Position numbers and translations under genes: made by a program. A DNA stretch of 62,597 nt, counting the filler, from Chiloscyllium plagiosum (lineage: Eukaryota), in assembly GCF_004010195.1 (NCBI RefSeq). It is 3 parts of one record of this genome, joined end to end, with 100 filler letters (N's around TTAATTAATTAA, not from the genome) between each part and the next. Parts side by side here need not be neighbours in the genome. Positions count along the whole stretch, not along the records: positions 35,102 to 62,597 come from NC_057710.1; 2 more parts are not named here. The stretch is one strand, 5' to 3'. The first letter of the stretch is position 1. Each line of letters opens with the position of its first letter. The notes below the pieces were generated by a model, which searched no databases, was not told the origin of the DNA, and saw only the letters and a program-made list of their open reading frames with translations. Shown piece after piece: positions 36,818 through 50,460 of this stretch.

Positions 36818-37582
36818 ACAGTTCACTGAGACAGTGTGTTCAAAATCAAGTTCTGCTATTCCTGGAGTCGTCATCGGAGTAACGGATTTTTTAAAAAAGT
36901 ACATAGAATCCCCTAGTTTACCTGACTTTCAGATTCAGTTGATGGAAATCATGGGCAAGGTTTCTGTACTTAACAACAATTGCTATTTACTGCAAGTAAA
37001 TAGGTTCAAGTTATGGGAACAATTATGAGCCAGTTAAAATTCTTGTCCCTTGTAAGCAATACTCCAATATGGTGGTGCCAGCACATTAGGTAGTGTTTGG
37101 GCTCCTGCTCCAAACTGGCTGCATCCTCTCTCTTCACCCCCATCCTCCATCTTTTTATTTTCTCCATACATCCACATCATAGGGAAGCTAGAACAGTGTG
37201 GTGGTAATGCCCAGAGTGTGGGTTCCTGGCTGTGGTATGCCTGAAGTGTGGATTATTGGCAGGCTTGTCATTGCTCCACCTGGAGCAGGGAATCCTTGAG
37301 GGCTGGGACACCTTTCAGAGGCTGTGGAGCTGTGTTTGAAGACCCCTTGCACAGAAAGCTAACTCTATGTAATTGCATTAAAATGCTTTTCACTGAATAT
37401 TTCTAGACAATAAATACGTAACTCAGAAACACCCCTATTGTCAATAAACACACAGACAAACATGAAAAAACGTAAAAGTGTGTTCTGTAGAGAGGGAAAG
37501 ACTGGTAAAGTAGGTCAATAGTTCTAGTTCACAGAATTGAGTGAAATGATTCTTTTGTTGATCTTACTACACACTCGTAAAG

Positions 37583-39313
37583 GCGATTTTTGAGAAGATT
37601 TGTAGCTCAGTTTGAAGTTTGGGTTGTAAGTTTGCTCACTGAGCTGGCAGTTTGTTTTCAAATATTTTGTCACCGTGCTAGGTAATATTAGTGAACCTCT
37701 GGTGAAGCGCTAGTGTTCTGTCCCGCTTTCTATTTGTGTGTCTTGGTCTGTTAAGGTGGATGATATCATTTCCAGTTCTTTTTCTCAGAGGTTGGTAAAT
37801 GGGATCCAAATTGATGTGTTTATTGATGGAGTTCCAGTTTGAATGCCAGGCCTCTAAGAATTCCCGTGTGTGTCTCTGTTTAGCCTGTCCCAGGATGGAT
37901 GAGTTGTTCCAGTCGAAGTGGTGTCCTTCTTCGTCTGTATGTAACGATACTAGTGAGAGAGGGTCATGTCTTTTAGTGGCTAGTTGATGTTTGTGTATCC
38001 TGGTGGCTAGTTTCCTGCCCATCTGTCCGATGTAGTGTTTATGACAGTCCTTGCAGGGTCTTTTGTAAATTACATTCATTCTGCTGGTTGTTAGTTTAGG
38101 GTCCCTAAGGTTCATCAGTAGCTGTTTCAGTGTGTTGGTAGGATTGTGGGCTACCGTGATGCCAATGTGTCAGAGTAGTCTGGAAGTCATCCCTGAGATG
38201 TCTTTAATATATGGCAGGGTGACTAGAATCTCTGGGTGTGTTTTGTCTTCTTGTTTAGGTTTGTTGTGTAAGAATCACTGGACTGTGCTTATCGGGTACC
38301 TGTTGTTCCTGAATACATTGTATAGGTGTTTTTCTTCAGTAGCCCGTTGTCCCTGGGTGCTGCAGTGTGTTGTGGTTTGTTTAAATAATGTCCTGATGCA
38401 GCTCAGTTTGTGGGTGTTTGGATGATTGTGCCTGTAGTTGAGTATCTGGTCAGTGTGTGCGGCTTTCCTGTAGACACTGGCTTTTTGTTCTAGTGTGACA
38501 TCTAGGAAGGGGAGTCTGTTGTTCTCTTCCTCTTTGGTGAAATTTATACCAGTGAGGATGTTGTAGATTTCCTCTAATTTGTTCCATCCACATAGCAGAC
38601 CCAAAGTTTGGGTTGGAACGTGGGGAGGGCTGTTCGATCGAGTCTCTGCATAACCGCTTCTGCTGAGAAGCTGATATTGGTGATCCCATGGGTGTGCCGT
38701 TGATTTGTTTGTAGGCCTGATCATAGAAGGTGAAGTGGATAGTGAGGCACAGATCTACCTCTTCAGTGTATTCAAGAAGAATGGGCAGCCAATAAACACA
38801 GTCCACTGATTCTTAAACAACACACCAAGCAAGTAGACACAACATGTCCAGAGACTCTAGTCACACGACCATATATCAAAGGCATTTCTGAGATGACTAC
38901 CAGACTACTCCAACCCCTTAGCATCATGGTAGCCCACAAACCTAACAACACACTGAAACAGCTCCTGATGAACCTATAGGTCCTTATATACAGACGAAGA
39001 AGGACACCACTTTGACTGGGACAACGCATCCATCCTGGGACAGGCTAAACAGAGACACACACGGGGATTCCTAGAGACCTGGCATTCAAACTGGAACTCC
39101 ATCAACAAACACATTGATTTGGACCCAATTTACCAATCTCTAAGAAAAAGAGCCAGAAATGATATCGCCCACCTGAAGAAAACAAGACACATAAATAGAA
39201 AGCGGGACATCCCACCAGCACTTCACTGGAGGCTCACCAATGATGTTACCCAGCACGGTGATGGAATGTCTCAGAATAAACCTTCCAGCTCAGTGAGCAA
39301 GCTTACAATCTGA
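37583..39313 (-). mobile_element. Penelope-like element family C (RT + GIY-YIG) with an inverted duplicate of its 3' part
   Basis: - strand QINGTPMGSPIS, LPFLDV, VYRKAAHTDQ, VIYKRPCKDCHKHYIGQMGR; 38776-39313 is a + strand copy of the same 3' region; degenerate hammerheads at ~37655-37695 and ~39234-39273. Confidence 0.9.
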
Positions 39314-41651
39314 TTTTGTAAAGGACCCTGACAATCGCTTAAAAATCACAGCTTATGAAAACTGAAAAAACTGTGAACTAGTTTTCTTCAAGTGGATTTG
39401 ATAGCAGTGAATGAAAAGGGTTTCTGAACTGTTGGAGATGTTATATATTCTCCGCATCGTCCAGCTGTTTGGCTAACTGGGAACCAATCACATAGTTGTT
39501 GGCAGGATTAAAGCCTTTGGCTTGTGAACTAGTGACCAGTTATTGATGACAATCAACTATTTGTTAGCATCTAATTTTCCATTTCTGGCTTTGACTCATC
39601 TGCAAACCATCTTCTACTGCTTGACCTGGCAGCTGTGTAAACATTACTTACAATGAGTATCAAGCTACTTGCTTCCAAAAATTCAGAAATCCTTCAGCAA
39701 TCAATTCTTTTCCCATTTTAGTCCACGGTTTAAAAAAAAATCCAACAAAAAGGCTTGGCCTTTAAAAGAGGCACACAGTTACAACTTGGATGGTCCCTGG
39801 CATGATCTCTTCCAGATGAGGAGATGAGGTCACGTATACAGGACCAAATGCTTTTCTGCTTTGTTTTAGTATTTTGACACGGATTTCATCTGCACAGTGG
39901 CCCAGTTGACTCTTAGCTGTCTGATTGCCTTTTTGATCTCCTATCAGACTGGAGTTGATCAGCGATGGAGACGCATTCATGTCAAGGACTGTACCTTGGT
40001 TGAGGACCTCCTCCAATTGCTCCTTCCAATGAGCACTGACTGCCTCTCTGTCCTTGGAGTGTGCCACGCTGCCCTTATCTGTGTGTTGGGTAGGTCCTTG
40101 GGAACTTGGGCTTGAATGTGCTGGAGCACCCACATGTACCATAGCTATTGGTGAGTTGTTATATTTCCTGTACTCTTCCCACCCAGCACCAGTTCTTTCG
40201 GTCATAAACGTGATTGTAGACGGGAAGCAGAAAACAATCAAAAGGAAAGTGAAAAAAGAAACCGCTTGAATTAGTAGCTAGTGTAAAAAAATTGTCTCCA
40301 GCCTGTGCTGTATACAAAACAGCACTCACTTATAAAGAAGTGAGTGGTTTGTTGTCATTAAAACCACACACTAGTCATGTAAACAGTGGCAGCACTTCAT
40401 AACATTTCATATAAAATCTACAAAAGTGAAGCTGCGTGTTACATTCAGAATATACATGATAAAAGATTTTATTGTACAGATTGATTTATAATGATTTTTC
40501 TTTGTGATGAAATTCATTATATTTGGCTCTGCTTCAATAATTTTATGATGGTAAATACTGAATGAGATTTATTTTCTTGCAAAGCATTAATCTAAAAGTG
40601 AAGAAAATAATCATTAGTGTCCAGACAATTTAAATACTGAAGCATGTTCATGTCTGTTATTCCATCGGCTAAGTGGCCTTCAGTGACTGGGCTAGTTTGT
40701 ATTGATAATGATGATGGGATGACAGATTGGGAGACCTAAGGCCAAGCTCTATTTGAACAGAAGGGCTGGAAAGGCAATGGGCTGAAAGATCACCAAACTG
40801 AAATATTAACTCTTTTTAAGTGCTGCTGGGCCTGCTGAGAGTTTCCATTGTCTCTTGCTTTGATTTCCAGCAATATTGTGCTCCTCCTGTAAAAAGACCC
40901 AGGTAAGGATCAGAGTGGCCGCTGCCTCCTTTTTTTTGTGGAAAGGCTGCTCCATCTCACTCCAACCTTCCAAACAACTGCACTGCTCTTGGTGCACTTA
41001 ACACTTCCCTGGAGTTCATGTTGGAGGCTGACTGGGTCATAAGGAAAGAATTGGGAGGAAGAGGCCAGTTGCCCAAATCAAACAAACCTCGATGAAACTT
41101 ACTGAAGTAATAAGAAGAAGGAATGTAGTCCTCTGCAGCTGGAAACAGTGCCACAAGGCTTTAAGGACCTCAGAAGGGCAGAAAAAGTGAGTTGAATAAT
41201 GCTTAGCCTCACCCTTCAGTGGCCCCATCTTTTTCCTGCGCAGCACTTCTCAAACACCCCTGCAGCTCTACTTGTGGCCTTTTCTCTCCAGCCACTTGCA
41301 TCTCCATCTAAACAGTCAACATTCACATTGACCATCTCACAACAAGCCCTCCACCATAAATGTTTTCAATTCCATCCTCCCAACACACATCACTTCTCGC
41401 ATTACTTCAAGCACTCTCTCGTTTCTCTCATTACAGGCACAGGTCTCCAGGAGAGAAAGGGAGAAACGGTTCATAGCGGGTTGAAGGCTGGGGGGGGAGG
41501 ATGACTATAGAGACAGATTGGTACAGTCTATGGGCAACAGGGAATCTCCCATTTCCCTGGATATGATATTAGTATTCAACCTACAGCTGCGAACTGCTGC
41601 AGTCCATGTGTGGTTCATGAAGGCAGCCCATCACCACTACCTCAGGGGAAC

Positions 41652-42000
41652 TTTATTTTTATTAATTCAAGGGATGTGGGCGTCACTGGCTAGGCCAGCA
41701 TTTATTGCCCATCCCTACTTACCTAGATGGCAGCAAACTGCTGTGGGTCTGGAGTCACGTGTGGGTCAGACCAGGTAAAGATGACAGTTTCCTTCCCTAA
41801 AGAACGTTAATGAACCAGATGGGTGTTTCTGACAATCAGCAATAGTTTCAAGATCATCATAAGATTCTGAATTCCAGATTTTTATTGAATTCAAATTCCA
41901 GCATCTGCCGTGGCAGGATTCAAACATAGATTCCCAGAATGTTACCTGGGTCTCTGGATTAATTATCCAATGATTAACACCGCTAGGCCAATGCCTCCCC
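41652..42000 (-). mobile_element. Second tRNA-derived SINE family with a tail shared with the L2/CR1-group LINE
   Basis: - strand gggaggcatTGGCCTAGCGG (A box) ... GTTTGAATCC (B box); 3' end gggatgggcaataaatgctggcc; another copy at ~61155-61390. Confidence 0.75.
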
Positions 42001-43059
42001 GATGGGATGGGCAATTAATACGGGCTCAGCCAGCCTTGTCCACGTCCCATGCATGAATTAGAAAACAAATCTGCACCATTGGAGGTTGTCTTGAATCACG
42101 TGACTGCATTCAGCCTCCTCCATACAACTGAACGCCATGTGGGAGATCCAAAATGTGAAACACATGCCTCATTGGGGTTTACAGTCATATAGTGAAGAGT
42201 GCATCACGTGAGAAGGACAAGGTGCTGGAATATTCCTACCAGATGGAGTAGGGCTCTTATAGCTGTGCTGAGACATTGAGTTTCTGAGAACCATCCCCAA
42301 AGAGGCCAATTCTCAAGAAGCCACAATAAATGTCTTTGTCTCTGTCAGCATTCCCAGAGACATGGAGCCCCCTTGGAATGGAAGTCTCTAACGCGAGTGC
42401 ATTGATGTCCCCGGTAACTGTGTTCAATTCCATCTCCATGGACAGAGTGGCCAATGTGCATAAAGAATCTGATCTGGCAGTATGTTCTGATCCAGAGTAA
42501 GAGCCTGTGAACTCTGTCACTTCACAAAGGCTCACATTGGTGGTTCAATCCTCAGTGAAATACAGAAAAGTGCTCACTATCTCTCCGCTGGAAGGGATAT
42601 GTCATCCATGAGTGAGAAGACAGTGAAGGGGAAAGTGGAAGTGGGCACTTTTCTTAAGGTACCCTTACTTTTCATCCTTTGCAAATCCCCACCGACAACC
42701 CCAGGCAGATAGAGTCCCCCATTTTACCTTTTACCCGAGTGACCTACTCAATGCCTGTGCAGCAAGGTTTGTTGGAGCCCTCACTAACGTGCACCATGTG
42801 GGAGTCATAGAGAAGAGGAGGGGGATACGCTGAGAGTTCATGGTATTACTATGATCCCAATAAATCAAAAACTGTAATTGAATATTTTGTTCTCCTGGTA
42901 CCCACTCTGTTGCATTACCAACTCAGAATGGATCGTACTGCTGAAGAGAACGGTATGGGAGATGAGTGAATAGTGAGAACATAATGCTGGGAGTTTTGGG
43001 GGGTGGGGGGCAGGATGAGGTAGAGGGTTGAAGATAGTAAACTGTCACATTTCTCATTC

Positions 43060-43375
43060 ACATTAGGGATGCTGAAAGGGGAGGGGGAAATGATTTTTCA
43101 TGGGGCCATTGCACTGGATGTGGCTCATGTCAGGAATATTGAGGCCTGTGCGATGAAAGATGAGAGCGTAGAGGGCTGTCTAATGGTTCTGGGATGGGTA
43201 TGAAGTGAGGTTAGGGCTGAAATGTGGAAAATGGGACACATGCGGTTGAAGGCTTTGTCCATCAAATCTTTGATTTTAAGGAGAAAGAAGGCATTGTCAG
43301 CAATGGTGTGGAAAGTAGCACGATCAGAGCAGATGTGATGAAGCCAGAGCAAAGAGGGAAGGAAGTGGAGTCAAA
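43060..43375 (-). mobile_element. Old PLE RT-thumb fragment
   Basis: LWLHHICSDRATFHT...FFL resembles LRLRRICSQEDQF...MASFF of the 12.5-kb element. Confidence 0.6.
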
Positions 43376-44523
43376 GTGATTGTGTGTCAATGAGCTTATT
43401 GAAAATATTGGCTACAATTTATCTCCAAAAATTGCAAAAGGAAATGGTGGATATCTTCAATATCCATCATTTAACCTGGATTCTTTGCATTGTGCATCTA
43501 TCTCTGAAAGATGTCCATCCCTCGGACAACAGGTAGATATTGAAGAATTTTCACTCCTCATTGAGGATGCAGAAGTGAAGTGTAACTAAGATGAGGTTGA
43601 TCACTTGATGATATGGAACTTCCAGTACACTCTCAGCAGAGAACACAAGAGAATGAAGCTGCTAACGATTTGTTAGAAAAGAACAGTTTGAACCTTGCTA
43701 TACTTTTTGATGACCATGTAACTGACTATCCTGGTCACATCTCTGAGGAGAGTCTGTAGTTTGGTTAAGAAGATCAAGAGACAGATTTGCCCACTCACTT
43801 CACTGGAGCTTTGAGTAACACCCAGCATCAATAACTGCAACTACAAAAGCAACCACAATCTGATACAGGGACTCCTTCTGTGTGAAGAACTACCAAGATG
43901 AGTTGTCCTTTGTATTACCAGTATCGCTTTTATTGAGATAGTAGCTGGTGATTTTGTTGAAGCTTCTGAGTCTCCAAGCAAACCTGCAGATCAAAACACT
44001 ACTGAGGCACTTCCAATCGAATCCAGTCCTGATTGAAATGTTCAAGTGGGTTTAATTTCCTTGAATATTCAAGTTTATTCTATTGCTGATGATGGTCAGA
44101 TACTAATTTCTGCTGGAGTTCCTGAGATGTTGTTGCCTGTCGTGATACAGCTTCAAGCTGAAGTGACTGTGGAAACTGTGCAATGACTTATGGAAAGAGA
44201 AATTCTTACACTGGGAGAGAGAGGGAAAGGGTCATTTCTTCATCATCAAAATTGCCTTTAAAACGTTCTCTGTTCTTCTTTTTGTTCAGTTAATTTCTTT
44301 CTGATGGGGCTTTTGATGTACCACTCTACAGTCCTTTCCACAAACTGATCAAGTCTCATCCATTTACACAGGAGTGGTCAAGCACTTAACCTTTCCCCAA
44401 AGAACAAAGAAGCAGAAGTGGAAGAAAAAAGTGAGAATTTCAGGTTACTGCCTTTATACTGAAGGCATCATCAATATATCATGACCCAGCTGTTGTGAGA
44501 AGCTGGTATCACATTCTGTCAAT

Positions 44524-45983
44524 GTGGTGACAGGGTACCCTTCGTTGTTCAGTACTTCCCAGGGGCTGAAAAATTACGCCATGTTCTTCATGACCTGCAA
44601 CACATTATCAATGAGGATGAGCACTTCACCAAGACCTTCCCCACACCTCCACTACTTGCCTTTAAACAACTGCCAAACCTTAAACAGATCATTGTTCGTA
44701 GCAAACTGCCCGGCTCTCAGGACAACTCCATACAACCCTGTCACGGTGGACGCTGCAAAACGTGTCATAGATACCACTATTACGCGTGGGAACACCTCCC
44801 ACCGTGTACATGGCAGGTACTCATGTGACTCAGCCAACATTGTCTATCTTATACGTTGCAGGCAGGGAATGTCCTGGAACACTTCAGTGGTCCAGGACAT
44901 TCAGCCTCGGACTTTCGGGTGACCATCCTCCAAGGTGGACTTCGGGACAGGCAGCAGAGGAAAGTGGCCGAGCAGAGGCTGATAGCTACGTTCAGTACCC
45001 AAAGGGAGGGCCTCAACCGGGACCTTGGTTTCATGTCACATTACAGGTGACCACCATTGCACTACACACACACACACAGATATTCCTACACACACACACA
45101 CAGTCTCACATACACACGGACACAGATACACACAGACGCGCACACAGACACCCACACACACCCTGATAGACANNNNNNNNNNNNNNNNNNNNNNNNNNNN
45201 NNNNNNNNNNNNNNNNNNNNNNNNNNNNNNNNNNNNNNNNNNNNNNNNNNNNNNNNNNNNNNNNNNNNNNNNNNNNNNNNNNNNNNNNNNNNNNNNNNNN
45301 NNNNNNNNNNNNNNNNNNNNNNNNNNNNNNNNNNNNNNNNNNNNNNNNNNNNNNNNNNNNNNNNNNNNNNNNNNNNNNNNNNNNNNNNNNNNNNNNNNNN
45401 NNNNNNNNNNNNNNNNNNNNNNNNNNNNNNNNNNNNNNNNNNNNNNNNNNNNNNNNNNNNNNNNNNNNNNNNNNNNNNNNNNNNNNNNNNNNNNNNNNNN
45501 NNNNNNNNNNNNNNNNNNNNNNNNNNNNNNNNNNNNNNNNNNNNNNNNNNNNNNNNNNNNNNNNNNNNNNNNNNNNNNNNNNNNNNNNNNNNNNNNNNNN
45601 NNNNNNNNNNNNNNNNNNNNNNNNNNNNNNNNNNNNNNNNNNNNNNNNNNNNNNNNNNNNNNNNNNNNNNNNNNNNNNNNNNNNNNNNNNNNNNNNNNNN
45701 NNNNNNNNNNNNNNNNNNNNNNAGCATGGCCAATTCACCTGACCTGCACATCTTTGGACTGTGGGAGGAAACCGGAGCACCCGGAGGAAACCCACGCAGA
45801 CACAGGGAGAATGTGCAAACTCCACACAGACAGTCGCCTGAGGCGGGAATTGAACCCGGGTCTCTGGCGCTGTGAGGCAGCAGTGCTAGCCACCGTGCTG
45901 CCCACAAACCTGTTGGACTAAACTTGGTGTTGTGCGATTTTTAACTTTGTACACCCCAGTTCTCTCTGGCATCTCCGAATCAT
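44524..45983 (+). mobile_element. PLE family B 3' part (GIY-YIG region, CA repeat, gap, pLTR tail)
   Basis: NIVYLIRCRQG and EHFSGPGHS...EQRLIATFSTQREGLNRD; ends with the family B tail aaacctgttggact...ggcatctccgaatcatg (45907-45984). Confidence 0.85.
45723..45903 (-). mobile_element. HE1-like V-SINE inserted in the family B pLTR
   Basis: V-domain and tRNA head on the - strand; 3' part lies in the gap. Confidence 0.9.
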
Positions 45984-47879
45984 GGGTAGAGGAATACTAC
46001 TAGGAGGATGAAACTGTAAACTGTTGTGGGCAAAATTGATTTGGACAAGATGTAGTTATGTGATTGATAGCTATAAGCCAATAATGGTGGAAAGTTGGAA
46101 AATATAGAAGAGATGGGACATTTTCTGTGTTGAAAAGGGTTTGTCATGTGATTTATCAAGCTTCATGTGTGCTTGAAGTCACCTGTTTACAGAAAAAAGA
46201 AATCAGGTGACATTGGAGAAAAGGCAACTAAAGCTTTCAATGAGATAACTGATGGGCTTTAGAGCCCTTAGTTACTTGAAAACCTAGGTTTGAAAAATTG
46301 ACCCTTGTATAATAATTGTCTAGAAACCCTTTCTGGACTTAGTTTTCTGTTTCATAAAGTTTAATAATCAGTAAGGAAAATACTAGCATTCCATTCCAAC
46401 ATAAATTGGTATTTTATTTTCAAGATTGTGTTTCTTGTCTGGAATAATGCTTTTTCCTTCAGGTCAATCTGGAATTAAAGAAAACAACAATTTTAAAATG
46501 CTTCACCTAACAAAAATTGTGCCTATTTTGAAAGTTGGCCATTTTCCAATGCTAACACAAATATTTCACAATAGCATCTATTAGTAATTCTTCCTTTTAA
46601 TAATGCGACTTCCGTATTTGCAGCCAGTTTATTTCCAGTTCCAGTTTAAATCTACATTCATGTGCATCCATGTTGGCCAGACTTTACTGCTTCTGTTCCT
46701 CAAGTCTCAGTGAGTATTAACATTTGGGCTAACAGAAATGACCTCAATAGACTTAGTTCAAAATATGTTTCTTTGCCGTCCTTGCACCATATCCTATTAA
46801 TTGTTTGCTGGGTTTGGTAACACAGGGGTCTGGATTGAATCTAATATTGTGCTAATCGAGATCTGCTTGGTTGTAGTAAAGATTCTGCTTGGTTTTAATT
46901 TTAGCTTTTGAATTGTAGGAATGTAGAACTGGAGAAGTTGATCTTGGATTCGCGCCACCAAATAAAATTTCTTTATAAAGAGGAGATACTGAGTCAGAAT
47001 CGTCTGAACATTCACCGAAGGTTAAATGGTTATTGTGAATGCTTTGGTAACTTTCATCTGGAAATAGTTTGTATGGAATACTGCAAGGGAACTTTTAATA
47101 TGAAAAATTAATATTGGTCAATATTTGAAAAACAAGAAATCTGTGGGTGAGCAATTGAAGTGTTTTTTCTTCAATGTGATTCTAATGAGCTTTACTTTTG
47201 GTTGTAAAACAAAAGTACACTGATTAGGTAACAGTATTTAAGTCTGTAAGTTGTTGAAATGTAATAGTAATTCAGTTCTGTCTATTGGGAATGTACAAAT
47301 TAGAGATTAATCATTTGAAATTTATAGTTAAACCATTGTTCTTATAAAGATTTATGTAACTTCTGGTTAATAATTTGAAAGGTGTTTATTTTCCTGTCTT
47401 TTCTTTAACCTCAGTGCTGAACACAGGCCATGTATAAATCTGTGCTAAAGTTACAATTATTCAAACTGTTACCAGGGAGATGGATTACAGTTCTGGCTTG
47501 TTATTTGTGTTAGTTATGATCGCAAAGCTGTCAGTGTTTGTCATTGTTACTCTACTGAGACTTGCAGCAAATTCCAGAATTTGCTTGTTGCAGTTTAATG
47601 TGGAAAACATAAATTGCAGTTCTGCACTTTTTCACAAAGTGCATGGTTGATGTTGCATAACTGGGACTGCAGATTAGGGCTGGAATGTACATAGTGCGGG
47701 AATCAGGTAGGGCTGGGGAGGGGTTTAGGAGGGGTTGCAGGGGCTGTGAGAGGCGGGCAGCGGGTGTGGGGTGGTGTTCTGTTGCATGGACTATCATAAA
47801 ATCAAAAGCAAAGGAGAAGGTAGTTTGAAGCTTAGTGATGAGGTTGATTGTTCCAGAAAATAAAGGAAGGGACAGAATG

Positions 47880-50460
47880 TGTGAATGTCACGTTGTACCA
47901 AGGAACCATAAAAGTTTAGGGAAACTCAGTAACATAACAAACTTAAAAGCTTTGTATCTTAACATTTGAAATAATGCGGATGTCTAATGGTATAAATCGA
48001 GGTTTATCAAGGTCACAAGGACCTTAAGCTAGTTTAAGGGGGAGAGGGGGCAGATAAGATTATTAAAGTTTCCTGAACAAACGATAGGACAGAGAATGGA
48101 AAGGGTCAGGAATCTAATTTCAAGCACAGCAGATAACCCCCACCACCCCACCCCCTTCCCAATGCTGGACTGAGGGTGTTGTACTTAAATGTGCATATTT
48201 AAGTGGTAAATTGAAGTGCGGAGTGAAACTGGCAGATACAATGTTGTGGTTATCACTGTTGTGGCTGCAAGGGAATCCTGGTTGGGAACTAAATATTGGA
48301 GGATTTGCATCCTATCAAAAGGACAGGCAGCTGGCAGAGGGGGCGGGATTGTCTTCTTAGTGAAAAATGAAATGAAGTTGATAGCAAGAAGTGATACAGG
48401 ATTGGAAAGCTTAGAATCTGTGTGAGCAGAGTTGAGAAACCACAGAAGGAAACAAGACTCTGGTGGGACTTGTGTATAGGGCTCCTAGCAGTAGCCAGGA
48501 TGTGGGGCAGAAAATAAATCAGGAGATGGAAAAGGCTTGTAAGAAACATATTATAATAATCATGGGAGACTTCAATATGCAAGTGGACTGAGAAAATTAG
48601 ATTGGTAGCAGATCTCAAGAAAAGGAATTTTTGGAATGTTTGTGGCAACGCCCATTAGGGAATAAGTAATTCTGGATTTGGTGATGTTGTTATGGACTAG
48701 ACTAGACCACTCACAACATTCTTAAGCAGGCAGCCCAGACTATAACTTTGCAATTTGTTTCAGTAAGTGTACAGTGAAAATTACCCAGAGTAAGTTAGTG
48801 AGGTTGACGACCAGGTTAAAAACAGACAAAAATGTATTCACAAGATTACACAATGAAACACAAAGAACAGAATTAAGAATCCCTACAGAACTCAGTCTGT
48901 CCAAACTAGACTTAATTATGCTTTTCCAAATATACACAACAGTCCCAATAAGCAACCCCCCTTAAAAACTGGTACAAATGGAACACATGCTTATGGGTTG
49001 AAGTTAGAAGGGCTGAAGAGAGAGAGAGTTTCCACACAATTCACTGTTGAACTCCTAACTAGTTCAGGGCTGAGCTAAACTGTTAAGCTCAGCTAGAAGA
49101 GCTGACCACTTCCCTTTAATTATACAGGTCACTTCTAAAACATGACCACTTTGGCTTGAAGTCTCATCTGTTTGCATATAAACTAAAGGCCTCTCAAAAT
49201 CCGTTTCATCTCTGTACCAAACCAGACTGATCTGAGCCCAGCCTGGTTTATTACCCCTCTGAAAAAAATCAAGGACAGTGTCTCATTGAGCCAAGGAACA
49301 GCTTCTAAAAAAAAAGGAACAGCTTTGTGACAATGTGTAATAGACAATAGGTGCAATATGTGGCAGATATAATACAATGTGGGAAAATATGTATTTATAT
49401 ACTTCAGTAGGAATAATATAGGCATGGATTAATTTCTAAATTGGGAAAGGCTTAAGAAATCTGAAGCATAAAGGAACTTGAGTCCTAAATCAGGATTCTC
49501 TTCAGGTTAACACGCAGGTTCAGTTGGCAGTTAGAAAGGCAAATACAATGTTAGCATTCATTTCGAGAGGACTAAAATGCTAGAGCAGAGATGTACTGCC
49601 CAGGCTGTATAAGACTCTGGTCAGACCTAATTTGGATTATTGTGAGCAGTTTTAGGCTCCATATCTAAGGGAGGATGTGCTGGCCTTGGAAGGTGTCCAA
49701 CGACCGTTTACAAGTTTATCATAGAATCTCGACACTGTGAAAGCAGGCCATTCAGCCCATCAAGTCCACATCAACTCTCCAAAGAAAATTCTATCCAGAC
49801 CTACCCCACCTACCCTATACATTTCCCATGGCTAACCCACATAGCTTGCACATCCCTGGACACCATGAGAAATTTAATAAGGCCAATCCACCTAACCTGC
49901 ACATCTTTGTACTGTGTGGAAGAAACTGGAACATGCAGAGGTAACCCAAGCAGCCAGTCGCTGGAGGCTGGAATCAAACCTGGGTGCCTGGTGAGGCAGC
50001 AGTGCTAACCACTGAGCCACTATGCCGCCGCTAATGATTCCATGGATGAAGGGCTTGTCATATGAGGAGATGTTGAGGAGTCTGGGTTTGTACTCAATGG
50101 AGTTTAGAAGGATGAGGAGGGATCTGATTCAAACTTACAGGATACTGAGGGACCTGGATAGTGTGGAGGTGGAGAAGCTGTTTCCCTAGTAAGGCACTTT
50201 GACCTGAGAACATAGCTTCGGAGTGAAAGGATGATGCTTTACAATTGAGATGGGGTGTAATTTCTTCAGCCAAGGGGTGGTGAATCTCTGTGGCAGTCAG
50301 GTCATTGAGTGTATTTAAGGCAGACAGACGGGTTCTTGATTAGTAAGGAGATCCAGGTTTACAGGGAGAAAAGTTAGGAGAATAGGAATGAGAAACCTAT
50401 CTGCCATGATTGAATGGCAGAGCAGACTTGGTAAGCTTAATTGTCTCCTGTATCTTCCAG
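47880..50460 (+). mobile_element. Decayed CR1 ORF2 with a nested solo LTR and a V-SINE (~49718-50030, -)
   Basis: GRGGGIVFLVKN, atcatgggagacttcaat (IMGDFN), and C-terminal motifs after 49333. Confidence 0.85.
48688..49332 (-). mobile_element. Solo LTR (645 bp)
   Basis: TGTTA...TGACA termini and 4-bp TSD ATGT (48684-48687 / 49333-49336) interrupting CR1 ttggtgatgtgtaat; strand inferred from a TATA-like tataattaaa on -. Confidence 0.8.
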
